Positions 1 through 9,123 of a stretch of 34,482 nt of DNA are shown in pieces. Every line of letters begins with the position of its first letter. Positions within the stretch are counted from its first letter, which is position 1. The notes below the pieces were generated by a model that worked only from the letters and a program-made list of their open reading frames with translations, made no database searches and was not told the origin of the DNA. The stretch lies in the sequence record DRR723986_5559; one strand, 5' to 3'. A program made the translations under genes and the position numbers.

Positions 1-560
1 CGAGACGAGGGCCACGGCGCGGTGCATGGCATGCGTTCCGGGGACGGGCACGATGTAGGCTTCGGCTCGCCATTGGCTTTCCAGCGCTGGATCGTGCGAG
101 CCAGGCATTTGGCGCGGCGGTTGGCATGTTTCAGCGTGTCCGGCATGGCCTGCCAGCGGACGATTGGGGCCGCAGCGAGGGCGGGCCCGCGCTCCGGGAC
201 CGTGACCGGCCCGCGCAGGAAGTCCGGCGTTTCGTTTGCCTGTGTTGGGACAAGCGAGAAGGTGTACTTCGACTGCGTCTCGCCCAGCGTTTTCTCGAAA
301 TAGTTCGTCCCAGGCCGCGGTGTCACTGGTGCCATCTCCACCCGCAACGCTATCAGGAAGATCAGACGGCGGAGCAGCACGCCGAGCCGCTTCGGCTCCG
401 CCGAGACGTGCCGCCTCACCGTTTTCGGAACCGCTTCCAGCCTCTTGAACAGGTCCGCATTCGCGCCGGTTTCGGCGATGGCGCGGGCAAGGGTCTTCCA
501 GGCATGGGTGAGGGATAAGCCCTTGCCTGTCCACGCGGAGCCTGATGCCCGCGGGGGCAC
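1..560 (-). CDS. Hypothetical protein, partial (runs off the left edge; start uncertain, possibly degraded)
   Basis: Minus-strand frame with no stop from a GTG at 560 to the window edge (…HAWKTLARAIAETGANADLFKRLEAVPK…LLRRLIFLIALRVE…). Absent from the ORF track because no stop codon lies in the window. No recognisable motif. Confidence 0.4.
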   Translation of the reverse strand, partial: MPPRASGSAWTGKGLSLTHAWKTLARAIAETGANADLFKRLEAVPKTVRRHVSAEPKRLGVLLRRLIFLIALRVEMAPVTPRPGTNYFEKTLGETQSKYTFSLVPTQANETPDFLRGPVTVPERGPALAAAPIVRWQAMPDTLKHANRRAKCLARTIQRWKANGEPKPTSCPSPERMPCTAPWPSS

Positions 561-600
561 ACCCGCTGAACGCTCCGGTATGTCTTTCTGCCGGAGAGGA

Positions 601-1887
601 TCAGGGTAGCAGAGCGAGTTGCTGTTCCAGGTCAGAGGACAGGGACAGCAGGCGCGCTTCGGCGACCTGCAGCTGGGTGGCTGCGCGGTAACGGGCGATC
701 TGGGCATCGCGGAATTCATTCTCCGCATCCAGAGCATCGACCAACGTGCGGATGCCGGCCTCCTGTTCCTTCTGGGCCCCTTCAGCGGCAAGTTCAGCCG
801 CCTTCTCGGCCCGTTCCGCTGCCGCGAGCGACAGGCGGCGGGCTTCGATGTCGCCCCAGAGGCCGGCCACAGCTTCGTGCAGTTGCAGCTCTGCCGCGCG
901 GACATTGGCCGTTGCGGCGCTGCGCCCAGCAATGGCTTCGCGCTTGGAGGCATTGCGCAGGCCGCTGGTCAGCAGCGGCACTTCCACACGCACAAAGGCA
1001 CCGACATCGCTGATCTGGTCTTCAAAGAAGAAGTAGACGTCTTCCCCGGTCGTGGCGCGGGCGCGGACCGAAACCTTCGGACCGAACCGGCCTTTTACCT
1101 CTGTCACGCGGTGTCCGGCAGAGATTTCCGCAGCACGGGCAGCGGCAAGATCGGGGTTCTTTGACATGACGCGCGACAGGGCGGCCTGCATGTCGCCGCC
1201 GACGACTTCACCGAGTTCCGGTGTTTCCTGCGTCACGGCATGGTCGACCCCGGTCAGCCGAGCGAGGCGCGCCCACGCCCCGGACAAGGCTGCCCGGGCC
1301 GCTTCGCGCTGGGCCTGCGCCGAGGCGAGACGCGCTTCGGTGAGGGCAATGTCTGTGCGGGTGACCTGGCCCTGATCGAACCGAGCCTGTGTTTCGTCGA
1401 GGCGTATGCGGAAGGTGGCGACGCGGGCTTCGGCCACTTCGACCGTCCGCTCGGCCAGCCAGGCATTGGCGTAGGCTTCGAATGTATCGAGGACCAGTTT
1501 CTCGCGTGCACCAAGCATCTGGTAGCTGGCGGCGTCACGCTGGGCTTTGGCCGCATCGACTGCCGCCCCGAGCGCGCCGGACTGAAAGACCGTCCATTCG
1601 GCCTGAAGGCCGGCAGAACGAGGAACCTGCGAAATACGATCCTGCGTGAAGTCTGTCTCGACGGCGCCGACTTCGGCCTGCAGCCCGGCCTGAAGTCCGC
1701 GGCCAGCACGGGCTGCATCGACCCCGGCGCGGCTGCGCTCGACGTCGGCTTCGGCCCGTTCGAGCGACGGATCATGGCTGAGCGCCTGCTGCACGGCATC
1801 GCGCAGCGAGATCGGCTGGGCCAGCGCAACCGGTGCGGTAAGCGCCAGCAAGCTGACAGAGAACCGGCGAGCGAATTTCATGCTCAT
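601..1887 (-). CDS. TolC-family outer membrane efflux protein
   Basis: Signal peptide (MSMKFARRFSVSLLALTAPVALA) and two OEP-like helical repeats (ISLRDAVQQAL; RFDQGQVTRTD; QEAGIRTLVDALDAE). Start moved to ATG 1887, which overlaps the upstream stop as ATGA. Confidence 0.9.
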   Translation of the reverse strand: MSMKFARRFSVSLLALTAPVALAQPISLRDAVQQALSHDPSLERAEADVERSRAGVDAARAGRGLQAGLQAEVGAVETDFTQDRISQVPRSAGLQAEWTVFQSGALGAAVDAAKAQRDAASYQMLGAREKLVLDTFEAYANAWLAERTVEVAEARVATFRIRLDETQARFDQGQVTRTDIALTEARLASAQAQREAARAALSGAWARLARLTGVDHAVTQETPELGEVVGGDMQAALSRVMSKNPDLAAARAAEISAGHRVTEVKGRFGPKVSVRARATTGEDVYFFFEDQISDVGAFVRVEVPLLTSGLRNASKREAIAGRSAATANVRAAELQLHEAVAGLWGDIEARRLSLAAAERAEKAAELAAEGAQKEQEAGIRTLVDALDAENEFRDAQIARYRAATQLQVAEARLLSLSSDLEQQLALLP

Positions 1888-2087
1888 TTGAACGCATTGC
1901 CCGGCTTCAGGCCGATGGCCTTGAAGATCATGGCCGCCGGACAGATGCCCGTGAACGCAGCCTGGAACATGTTCAGCCCGGCAAAGGCCGTCAGCAGGAA
2001 CCAGTATGGCGAGACAAAATAGCCAAGCACGAGGCTCAGCGAAACGACAACGCCAGCAAAAGCGAAGACAGCACGATCGACATTCAT
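1884..2087 (-). CDS. DUF2892 (YgaP-like) small membrane protein
   Basis: MNVDRAVFAFAG…GLNMFQAAFTGICPAAMIF; two hydrophobic segments and the typical TGxCP motif. AAGGA lies upstream of ATG 2087 (alternative start 2096). Confidence 0.85.
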   Translation of the reverse strand: MNVDRAVFAFAGVVVSLSLVLGYFVSPYWFLLTAFAGLNMFQAAFTGICPAAMIFKAIGLKPGNAFK

Positions 2088-2110
2088 CTTGAACATCCTT
2101 TTGGTTGGTT

Positions 2111-2569
2111 TCAGGCACTCAGCCCGAAGGTTGACTGGATCCACCGGGACAGGCCTTCGCCGGTCTGAGCCCCGGCCTGGTTGGCGATGAGCGCTCCATC
2201 TTTCCATGCAATCAGGGTCGGGATGCCCCGGATGCCGAGCTTGCCGGCGGCTTCCTGGTTCTGGTCGGAGTTGAGCTTGAAGAAGCGGACCCGATCGGCG
2301 AACCGGCCAGCTGCCGCCTCATAGGCGGGGGCCATCATGCGGCACGGGCCGCACCAGGGCGCCCACACGTCCAGCACGAAGGCACCGGTGTCGCGGGCGA
2401 CAAGGCGTTCCAGCATGGCGCCATCAATCTCCACCGGCTTCTGCGTCGCCAGTGGCTGGCTGCACTTGCCACATTTGCCAGCCGACAGGGGCTTGCCGGC
2501 CGCGACGCGGTTCGGGGCGCCGCAGCTGGTGCAGATGGCAATGCTGTCTCTGACAGTTGTGTCCACCAT
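2111..2569 (-). CDS. trxC: Thioredoxin 2 (Zn-binding N-terminus)
   Basis: N-terminal CTSC…CGKC plus WAPWCGPC active site and GIPTL cis-Pro loop. Confidence 0.92.
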   Translation of the reverse strand: MVDTTVRDSIAICTSCGAPNRVAAGKPLSAGKCGKCSQPLATQKPVEIDGAMLERLVARDTGAFVLDVWAPWCGPCRMMAPAYEAAAGRFADRVRFFKLNSDQNQEAAGKLGIRGIPTLIAWKDGALIANQAGAQTGEGLSRWIQSTFGLSA

Positions 2570-2587
2570 GACGGGCTCCTCTGCGGG

Positions 2588-3856
2588 TTACTTCAGCTTG
2601 TAGGTTTTCAGCAGGTTGAGCGCGGCGTTCTCATAGAAGGTTTCGGAACGGCCGGCCTTGATCTTGCCCAGGAAGTATTTCTCGAAGCCGATCTTCGCCG
2701 TGTGCACCCAGCCGCCGGAGACGGACCAGTTCACATTACGCGGCGGGATCTGAGGCTGTGCGATGAAGGCCACGCCGCCATCGCCGAAATCGGCGATACA
2801 GATGGCATTCCAGGTCGCCTCATGGGTCGGTTCCTTGCCGCGCACGATCTGGCCGAGGTTTTCGGCAATCGCGGTGACCATGGATTCGATCATGAAGCCC
2901 GTCTTCGGCACGCCCACCGGCACGGGTGTCTTGCCAACCGGCGGAATGGCAATGCACACGCCGAGGCCCATGATTTCCGGATACTTCGGATTGCGCTGGT
3001 GCTTGTCGGTGATGACGAAGCCGCGCGGATTGACGAGGCCTTCAATGTCGCGCACCGCAGGCACGCCGCGGAAGGGCGGCAGCATCATGGAAAACTTCAT
3101 CGGAAGCTCGTGGATCTGCTTGGTGGAGCCATCCTCGTTCACTTCCTCGACGATCATCTTGTCGGCTTCGACCTTCTGGACCTTTGCATTGCAGATCCAC
3201 TTGATGTGGCGGTCGCGCATTTCGCTTTCGAGCAGGCCTTTTGTGTCGCCGACGCCATCAAGGCCGAGATGGCCAATATAGGGCTCGGAGGTCACGAAGG
3301 TCATCGGCACCTTGTCGCGGATCTTCCGCTTGCGCAGCTCGGTCTCGATGATCATGGCGGTTTCATAGGCCGGGCCATAGCAGGAGGCGCCCTGAACGGC
3401 GCCAACGATCACCGGGCCGGGATCGGCGCAGAGGTCTTCGAACGCCTTGTAGCCGGCCTCGGCATGATCGATGTGGCAAACGGATTGGGTATGGCCATTC
3501 GGGCCAAGGCCTTCGATTTCGTCAAAGGCGAGTTCCGGACCGGTCGCGATGACGAGATAATCGTAATCGACAAAGGAGCCATCCGCCATGCGCAGGCGCT
3601 TGTTGTCCGCCTCGACCTTTTCGGCAGCGCCCACGACCAGCTGGACGCGGCGCTTTTTCATCGGCTTTTCAAGGTCGACGACAATATCCTCCCGGTCTCG
3701 CCAGCCGACCAGAACCCAAGGGTTTGATGGAACGAATTGATAGAAGTCCGTCTCGTTGACCGCGATCACTTCATCCTGCCGTCGCACTTTCTTGCGAATC
3801 TCATAGGCGGCAATGACACCGCCCAAACCTGCACCCAACACTACGATCTTAGCCAT
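2588..3856 (-). CDS. sqr: Sulfide:quinone oxidoreductase (type I / SqrA-like)
   Basis: GAGLGG FAD motif, FVPSNPW, the three conserved Cys (SVCH, GASCYGPAYE, NAICIADFG), GVPKTGFMIE and C-terminal AKIGFEKYFL. Confidence 0.92.
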   Translation of the reverse strand: MAKIVVLGAGLGGVIAAYEIRKKVRRQDEVIAVNETDFYQFVPSNPWVLVGWRDREDIVVDLEKPMKKRRVQLVVGAAEKVEADNKRLRMADGSFVDYDYLVIATGPELAFDEIEGLGPNGHTQSVCHIDHAEAGYKAFEDLCADPGPVIVGAVQGASCYGPAYETAMIIETELRKRKIRDKVPMTFVTSEPYIGHLGLDGVGDTKGLLESEMRDRHIKWICNAKVQKVEADKMIVEEVNEDGSTKQIHELPMKFSMMLPPFRGVPAVRDIEGLVNPRGFVITDKHQRNPKYPEIMGLGVCIAIPPVGKTPVPVGVPKTGFMIESMVTAIAENLGQIVRGKEPTHEATWNAICIADFGDGGVAFIAQPQIPPRNVNWSVSGGWVHTAKIGFEKYFLGKIKAGRSETFYENAALNLLKTYKLK

Positions 3857-3899
3857 GGCTCTCTCCCTGGGGGATTAATTCTTTGTCTGCGTTATCCCT

Positions 3900-3945
3900 T
3901 ATATTCGTGTTTTATAAAATGCGCATTATGTCGCATGTTTAATCT
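3900..3945. promoter_or_regulatory. AT-rich divergent promoter region with imperfect inverted repeat (candidate ArsR/SqrR operator)
   Basis: Between sqr (minus) and rhodanese (plus): TTTTATAAAA palindrome at 3910-3919 and ATGCG-N8-CGCAT at 3919-3936 flanked by TAAA/TTTA. Confidence 0.45.
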
Positions 3946-4015
3946 GACCGGCCACATGTATCCCCGTTTTCAAATTACATGACGTGCGCCTGCGCGCACA
4001 TAAGAGGAGTCCCTT

Positions 4016-4375
4016 ATGGCTGATCCCCGCGACCTTTCTCCCGCCACCGTTTGTGAAGGCCTCAAAGCCAATGAGATCCTGCTCGTCGATGTGCGGGAAC
4101 CGAACGAATTTGCGTTCGAGCGCATTCATGGCGCCCTGCTCCATCCGCTCTCGACCTTCGAACCGAAAGCCATCCCGACCGACCCTGGCCGCAAGATCGT
4201 GTTCCAGTGCGGGTCTGGCAAACGCTCCCGCGCGGCGCTCGATGCCTTCATGGCCGCAACCGGCGCCGAGGCGGCGCATATGGCTGGCGGCATCATGAAG
4301 TGGAAAGCGGACGGCTTTCCTTGTGTCCAGATCAATCCCGCAACCGGCAAGGTGGAAGACCATGGCCGCTACTAG
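4016..4375 (+). CDS. Single-domain rhodanese (sulfurtransferase)
   Basis: LVDVREPNEF…IHGA, active loop CGSGKRS, AGGIMKW; AGGAG RBS. Confidence 0.9.
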   Translation: MADPRDLSPATVCEGLKANEILLVDVREPNEFAFERIHGALLHPLSTFEPKAIPTDPGRKIVFQCGSGKRSRAALDAFMAATGAEAAHMAGGIMKWKADGFPCVQINPATGKVEDHGRY

Positions 4376-5345
4376 ATCGCTCCTGCTTGGCGCCGCTTTC
4401 GCGGCCCTCTCCCTTTCAGCCTCCGCTGAGGTCATGACCGTCGAGGAATCGGTGGTCATGGATTACCGCCCGGCTGTCGCCCGGATCGAGGCGGCAGACT
4501 CCGCCACGGCCCGTTCGCGGCTGCAGGGCGTCGTCTCGCGCCTGTCGATCGATGAGGGCGATGTGGTGGACGCTGGTGATGTCGTTGCCATCGTGACGGA
4601 TGCAACCATCGCACCGAACCTTGCCGCACTCGCCTCCCGTATCCAGGGTCTGCAAGCCCAGATCCGTCAGGCCGAGGAAGATTTGACACGGAATGAAGCC
4701 CTGTTCGAACAAGGCTTCTTCCCGAAGGCGCGTCTCGATGAGCAGCGCACCAATCTCGACGTGCTGAAACGCAACCTGTCGTCAGCCCAGTCGGAACGGA
4801 ACGCGCTTGGCGCCCGTCAGGCTGAAGGCCGCATCCTCTCGCCAGCTGATGCCAAGGTGACCGGGGTGAACGTAGTCGAAGGCTCCGTCGTTTCGCCTGG
4901 CGAAGTGATCGCAACCTTCGCCACTGTGACCGGTGTCGTGCGTCTCTCCCTGCCGGAACGCCATGCCGCCCAGATCAGCGAAGGCGAAACCTTTGCGTTG
5001 CGCCTGCCGACGCGCGGCGGCGACCTGCGCACCGCCACGATCGTCAAGGTCTATCCGGAACTGCGCAATGGCGAACTGATCGCCGACGCCACAGTGCCCG
5101 GCGGACTCGACGCCCTTGTCGGTGAACGGGTCGACGTGCTGGCCCCGGTCGGTGAACGCCGTGCCATCCTGGTGCCGAAGGACTATGTCTCCACCCGTTA
5201 CGGCGTGGACTTCGTCCGTGTGCAGGTGGGTGACCGGTTTGTCGATGCGCCGATCGCGCTCGCTGCGCCGCTTGCTGACACCGAAGGCAAATATGAAGTG
5301 CTCACCGGCCTGAAGCCCGGGGACAAGATCGAAAAGCCGGAGTGA
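4362..5345 (+). CDS. RND efflux periplasmic adaptor (MFP)
   Basis: Signal peptide from ATG 4362, lipoyl halves (GVVSRLSIDEGDVV; SPADAKVTGVNVVEGSVV), coiled-coil hairpin, C-terminal GLKPGDKI. Confidence 0.88.
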   Translation: MAATRSLLLGAAFAALSLSASAEVMTVEESVVMDYRPAVARIEAADSATARSRLQGVVSRLSIDEGDVVDAGDVVAIVTDATIAPNLAALASRIQGLQAQIRQAEEDLTRNEALFEQGFFPKARLDEQRTNLDVLKRNLSSAQSERNALGARQAEGRILSPADAKVTGVNVVEGSVVSPGEVIATFATVTGVVRLSLPERHAAQISEGETFALRLPTRGGDLRTATIVKVYPELRNGELIADATVPGGLDALVGERVDVLAPVGERRAILVPKDYVSTRYGVDFVRVQVGDRFVDAPIALAAPLADTEGKYEVLTGLKPGDKIEKPE

Positions 5346-5349
5346 TCGA

Positions 5350-8300
5350 ATGAAACCGGACGTCTCGGGTTCCATTACGCGGTCGACCATCCGGTCACCG
5401 CTGACCCCGCTCTTCCTGCTGACGGCACTGGCCGTCGGCCTCGTGGCGCTGCTCTCCATCCCGCGTGAGGAAGAGCCGCAGATCTCCGTGCCGATGGTCG
5501 ACCTGATCGTCCAGGCGCCGGGCCTGAAAGCGCCGGACGTGGTCGAACAGGTCACCGAGCCGCTGGAAAACATCATCAAGGCCATTCCGGACGTCGAGCA
5601 TGTCTATTCGCAAAGCCGCGATGACGGCGCGATGGTCACGGCCCGTTTCGAAGTAGGCACCGATGCCGACGACGCCATCCTGCGCGTGCACGAAAAGATC
5701 CGTGCAAACATGGACCGCATCCCGCCGGACGTGCCCATGCCGCTGGTCGTGGGCCGCGGCATCAATGACGTGTCGATCGTCACGTTGACCCTCTCGCCGG
5801 AAGAATGGACCGGGGATGTCTGGACCGACACGACCCTGCGCATGCTGGCTGAGGAACTTCAGTCCGAACTCATCAAGATCGACGATGCCGGCCTGACGAC
5901 AATCATCGGCGGACGCCCGCTGGAGCTGCGCGTTGAGCCCGACATCCAGGCGATGGCCGCCTATGGCGTGCCGCTGCAGACACTGGTGCAGTCTGTCGGA
6001 CAGGCCGCTGCCGCCATGCCGGTCGGCTCAGCCCGTCAGGACGGCAACACGCTGCTCGTCCAGGCCGGTGACCGAATCGATGCCGTCGGCGAACTTGAGC
6101 GGCTTGAAGTTCCGGGCGCTGATGGGCGCACGGTTTATCTCTCCGACGTCGCCACCATCCGCGTGGCGGGCGAGGAAAGCGACTCCCGCGTCTGGACGCT
6201 GGACCGGCGTGCGGATGGAGATGGCTTTGCCGCCCGCCCGGCCGTGACGCTGTCGCTGGCAAAACGTCCCGGCGCCAATGCCGTGAACGTGGCCGAAGCG
6301 ATCCTGCACCGGGTGGACCTGCTGAAGGGCGGCCTGATCCCGGAAGGCGTGCGCGTCGAAGTCACCCGCGACTATGGCGAGACGGCAAACCACAAGGCCA
6401 ACGAACTCCTGTTCCACCTCGGCCTTGCCACGATTTCCATCGTGATCCTGATCGCCTTCGCCATCGGCTGGCGCGAGGCACTGGTGACGCTGATTGTCAT
6501 TCCGACGACCATCCTGCTGACGCTCTTTGCGTCGCTGATGATGGGCTACACGATCAACCGCGTCTCGCTGTTCGCGCTGATCTTCTCCATCGGCATCCTC
6601 GTGGACGATGCCATCGTCATCATCGAGAACATCGCTCGCCACTGGGCCATGAAGGATGGCCGCTCGCGCGTGGCGGCCGCCATCGATGCGGTCTCCGAAG
6701 TCGGTAACCCGACCATCATCGCCACGCTGACCGTGATCGCAGCCCTGCTGCCGATGATGTTCGTATCCGGACTGATGGGCCCCTACATGGCGCCGATTCC
6801 GGCGAACGCTTCGGCGGCTATGCTGTTCTCTTTCTTCGTCGCCGTCGGCGTTGCGCCGTGGCTGATGATGAAGATTGCCGGCAAGGCCCCGCTGCACGGC
6901 CATGGCGCCAGCGGTGAGGAGGATCATCCCGAAGGCGCAGAAGCGACGCGCCTTGCGGCCTTCTACACGACAGTGGCCGGGCCGATCGTGGCTTCGCGCA
7001 AGAACTCGTGGATCTTCCTGATCGCCGTCGGCGTCGCCACGCTCGCTTCGCTCAGCCTGTTCTACTTCAAGGTTGTGCCGGTGAAGCTGCTGCCGTTCGA
7101 CAACAAGTCGGAAATCCAGGTCGTGGTCGACCTGCCGGAAGGCGCTTCAGTCGAAGACACCGAACGCGCCCTGTTCGCGCTGGCCGATGCCATCCGCGAT
7201 GTGGAAGAGGTCGAGACTATCCAGGCCTATGCCGGGACGGCAGCGCCGTTCAATTTCAATGGCCTCGTGCGCCACTACTTCTTGCGCCGCTCGCCGGAAC
7301 TGGGCGACCTGCAGGTGAACCTCTCCGAGAAATCCCACCGCAAGCGGGCGAGCCACCCGATTGCGCTCGACATCCGCGAACGCCTGCTGGCCCTGCCGAT
7401 GCCGGAAGGGACAAGCGTGAAAGTGGTGGAAGTGCCGCCCGGCCCGCCCGTCCTCTCCACGCTGCTCGCGGAGATCTATGGCCCGACACCGGAAGCCCGC
7501 CGCAAGACCGCCGCCATCGTCGAGCAGTTCTTCAAGGACACCGACTTCATCGTCGACGTGGACAATTCCATCGGCGATCCGGCCCCGCGCCTGACCGTCT
7601 CCGTGGATGAGCCGCGCGCCGCTGACTATGGCGTCCAGCAACAGGACATTCTCGACACGATTGCGCTCGCCTTTGCGGGCCAGACGGTCGGTGTCAGCCC
7701 CCGCAGTGAAGGCCGCGACCCGCTCGACATCCGCATCCGCCTGCCGAAATCGGAACGCCACTGGTCTCAGGAGATCGCCACCATTCCGGTGCCCGCCCGC
7801 CTCGCTGGCCCGAACGCGCCGCCGGTCGAACTGGGCGCCCTGGTCGATGTGTCGGAAGAAAACGGCTCGCCGGTCATCTTCCGCCGTGACGGTTATTTCG
7901 CCGACATGGTTATGGGAGAACTCGCCGGCCGGTTCGAAGCGCCGATCTATGGCATGTTCGAAATCCAGGACAAGGTGAAGGCCTTCGACTGGGCTGCTGC
8001 GGGCCTCACCGCTCCGGCTGTGCGCATGTATGGCCAACCGGCCGATGACACCCAGCCAACCCTGCTGTGGGACGGCGAATGGGAGATCACCTATGTCACC
8101 TTCCGCGACATGGGCGCTGCCTTCGCCGTGGCCCTTCTGGCGATCTACATTCTTGTGGTCGGCCAGTTCGGCACGTTCCGCGTCCCGCTGATCATCCTGA
8201 CGCCGGTTCCGCTGACGCTGATCGGCATCATGATCGGCCACTGGCTGTTCGGGGCGCCATTCACCGCCACGTCGATGATCGGCTTCATCGCGCTTGCCGG

Positions 8301-8643
8301 GATTATTGTGCGCAACTCGATCCTGCTGGTGGACTTTGTCCGCCACCTCGAAGACGGCAAGACACCGCTAAAAGAAGTGCTGCTTCACGCAGGTGCTATC
8401 CGCTTCAAACCGATCCTGCTGACCGCCCTGGCGGCCATGATTGGGGCCGCGGTGATCCTGACGGACCCAATCTTCCAGGGTCTGGCCATCTCACTGCTGT
8501 TCGGGCTGGCCTCTTCAACGGCGCTAACAGTACTGGTGATCCCCGCAATTTATGTCGCCCTGCGCGGTCCGGACTGGCTGCCAGAGCAAAGAGGCACGGA
8601 ACCTGCTGACACCGCAGGAACCGGACAGGAGGTACACAGCTGA
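5350..8643 (+). CDS. RND efflux permease (AcrB/AcrD/AcrF family)
   Basis: 1097 aa; PREEEPQI, GILVDDAIVIIENI, VRNSILLVDF, RFKPILLT; two transmembrane clusters. Confidence 0.95.
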   Translation: MKPDVSGSITRSTIRSPLTPLFLLTALAVGLVALLSIPREEEPQISVPMVDLIVQAPGLKAPDVVEQVTEPLENIIKAIPDVEHVYSQSRDDGAMVTARFEVGTDADDAILRVHEKIRANMDRIPPDVPMPLVVGRGINDVSIVTLTLSPEEWTGDVWTDTTLRMLAEELQSELIKIDDAGLTTIIGGRPLELRVEPDIQAMAAYGVPLQTLVQSVGQAAAAMPVGSARQDGNTLLVQAGDRIDAVGELERLEVPGADGRTVYLSDVATIRVAGEESDSRVWTLDRRADGDGFAARPAVTLSLAKRPGANAVNVAEAILHRVDLLKGGLIPEGVRVEVTRDYGETANHKANELLFHLGLATISIVILIAFAIGWREALVTLIVIPTTILLTLFASLMMGYTINRVSLFALIFSIGILVDDAIVIIENIARHWAMKDGRSRVAAAIDAVSEVGNPTIIATLTVIAALLPMMFVSGLMGPYMAPIPANASAAMLFSFFVAVGVAPWLMMKIAGKAPLHGHGASGEEDHPEGAEATRLAAFYTTVAGPIVASRKNSWIFLIAVGVATLASLSLFYFKVVPVKLLPFDNKSEIQVVVDLPEGASVEDTERALFALADAIRDVEEVETIQAYAGTAAPFNFNGLVRHYFLRRSPELGDLQVNLSEKSHRKRASHPIALDIRERLLALPMPEGTSVKVVEVPPGPPVLSTLLAEIYGPTPEARRKTAAIVEQFFKDTDFIVDVDNSIGDPAPRLTVSVDEPRAADYGVQQQDILDTIALAFAGQTVGVSPRSEGRDPLDIRIRLPKSERHWSQEIATIPVPARLAGPNAPPVELGALVDVSEENGSPVIFRRDGYFADMVMGELAGRFEAPIYGMFEIQDKVKAFDWAAAGLTAPAVRMYGQPADDTQPTLLWDGEWEITYVTFRDMGAAFAVALLAIYILVVGQFGTFRVPLIILTPVPLTLIGIMIGHWLFGAPFTATSMIGFIALAGIIVRNSILLVDFVRHLEDGKTPLKEVLLHAGAIRFKPILLTALAAMIGAAVILTDPIFQGLAISLLFGLASSTALTVLVIPAIYVALRGPDWLPEQRGTEPADTAGTGQEVHS

Positions 8644-8963
8644 TGGCCGCGAGAAAGAAAGCCGCCAACGACGCCTATGAAGTGGTTTCGGACAGCATTC
8701 ACGAAGCATCCGAAGTGATGAAGGCGATGTCGAGCGAAACCCGCCTGAAGATCCTGTGCGCCCTCAGTGAAGGCGGCGAGATGCCTGTGGGCGAACTGGC
8801 CGGCCTGACCGAACAATCGCACTCGGCAGTCTCCCAGCACCTGGCCAAGCTGCGGGCGGCAAACCTTGTGGAATCACGCCGCGATGCGCAGACGATCTAC
8901 TATCGCTGCAGCGGAGGCGTCGGCCGCGCCCTGATCAACACGCTGTGCGATTACTACCGCTAG
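8643..8963 (+). CDS. ArsR/SmtB-family repressor, SqrR/BigR-like persulfide sensor
   Basis: RLKILC(39)…SAVSQHLAKLR…RRDAQTIYY…LC(102); Cys in helix 2 plus a C-terminal Cys as in BigR/SqrR. Coupled to the RND stop (TGATG). Confidence 0.85.
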   Translation: MAARKKAANDAYEVVSDSIHEASEVMKAMSSETRLKILCALSEGGEMPVGELAGLTEQSHSAVSQHLAKLRAANLVESRRDAQTIYYRCSGGVGRALINTLCDYYR

Positions 8964-8994
8964 ACTGATAAGGAAAATCCGGCCCTGAAATCAG

Positions 8995-9020
8995 AAAAGC
9001 CGCCCCGAGGGGCGGCTTTT
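8995..9020. terminator. Bidirectional rho-independent terminator
   Basis: AAAAGCCGCCCC-GA-GGGGCGGCTTTT: perfect inverted repeat with A/T tails on both sides. Confidence 0.9.
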
Positions 9021-9050
9021 ATGTGGCCTGCGGCCATGTTTTGGAGAAAA

Positions 9051-9064
9051 TGGCGCGAGTGACG
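9051..9064 (-). repeat. att core: duplicated 3' end of tRNA-Asp (not a complete tRNA)
   Basis: Minus strand reads CGTCACTCGCGCCA, the 3' end (with CCA) of alphaproteobacterial tRNA-Asp(GTC) as I recall it. It is followed by a terminator, and no T-loop or rest of the tRNA lies upstream. Confidence 0.75.
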
Positions 9065-9123
9065 TGCCACGATCCATATTACTTATCCAATATATTCAAA
9101 CACATACGTGCATGAAAGTCAAT

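Noticed and set aside
8290-8430. Defective proton relay in the sqr-linked RND (VRNS instead of KNA)
   Set aside because: Lys-to-Arg is conservative, and the Asp-Asp, Arg and Thr relay residues are present, so there is no evidence of inactivation.
9083-9108. IHF site near the att core
   Set aside because: ATTCAAACACATA fits WATCAANNNNTTR only with mismatches in AT-rich DNA; not distinguishable from chance.
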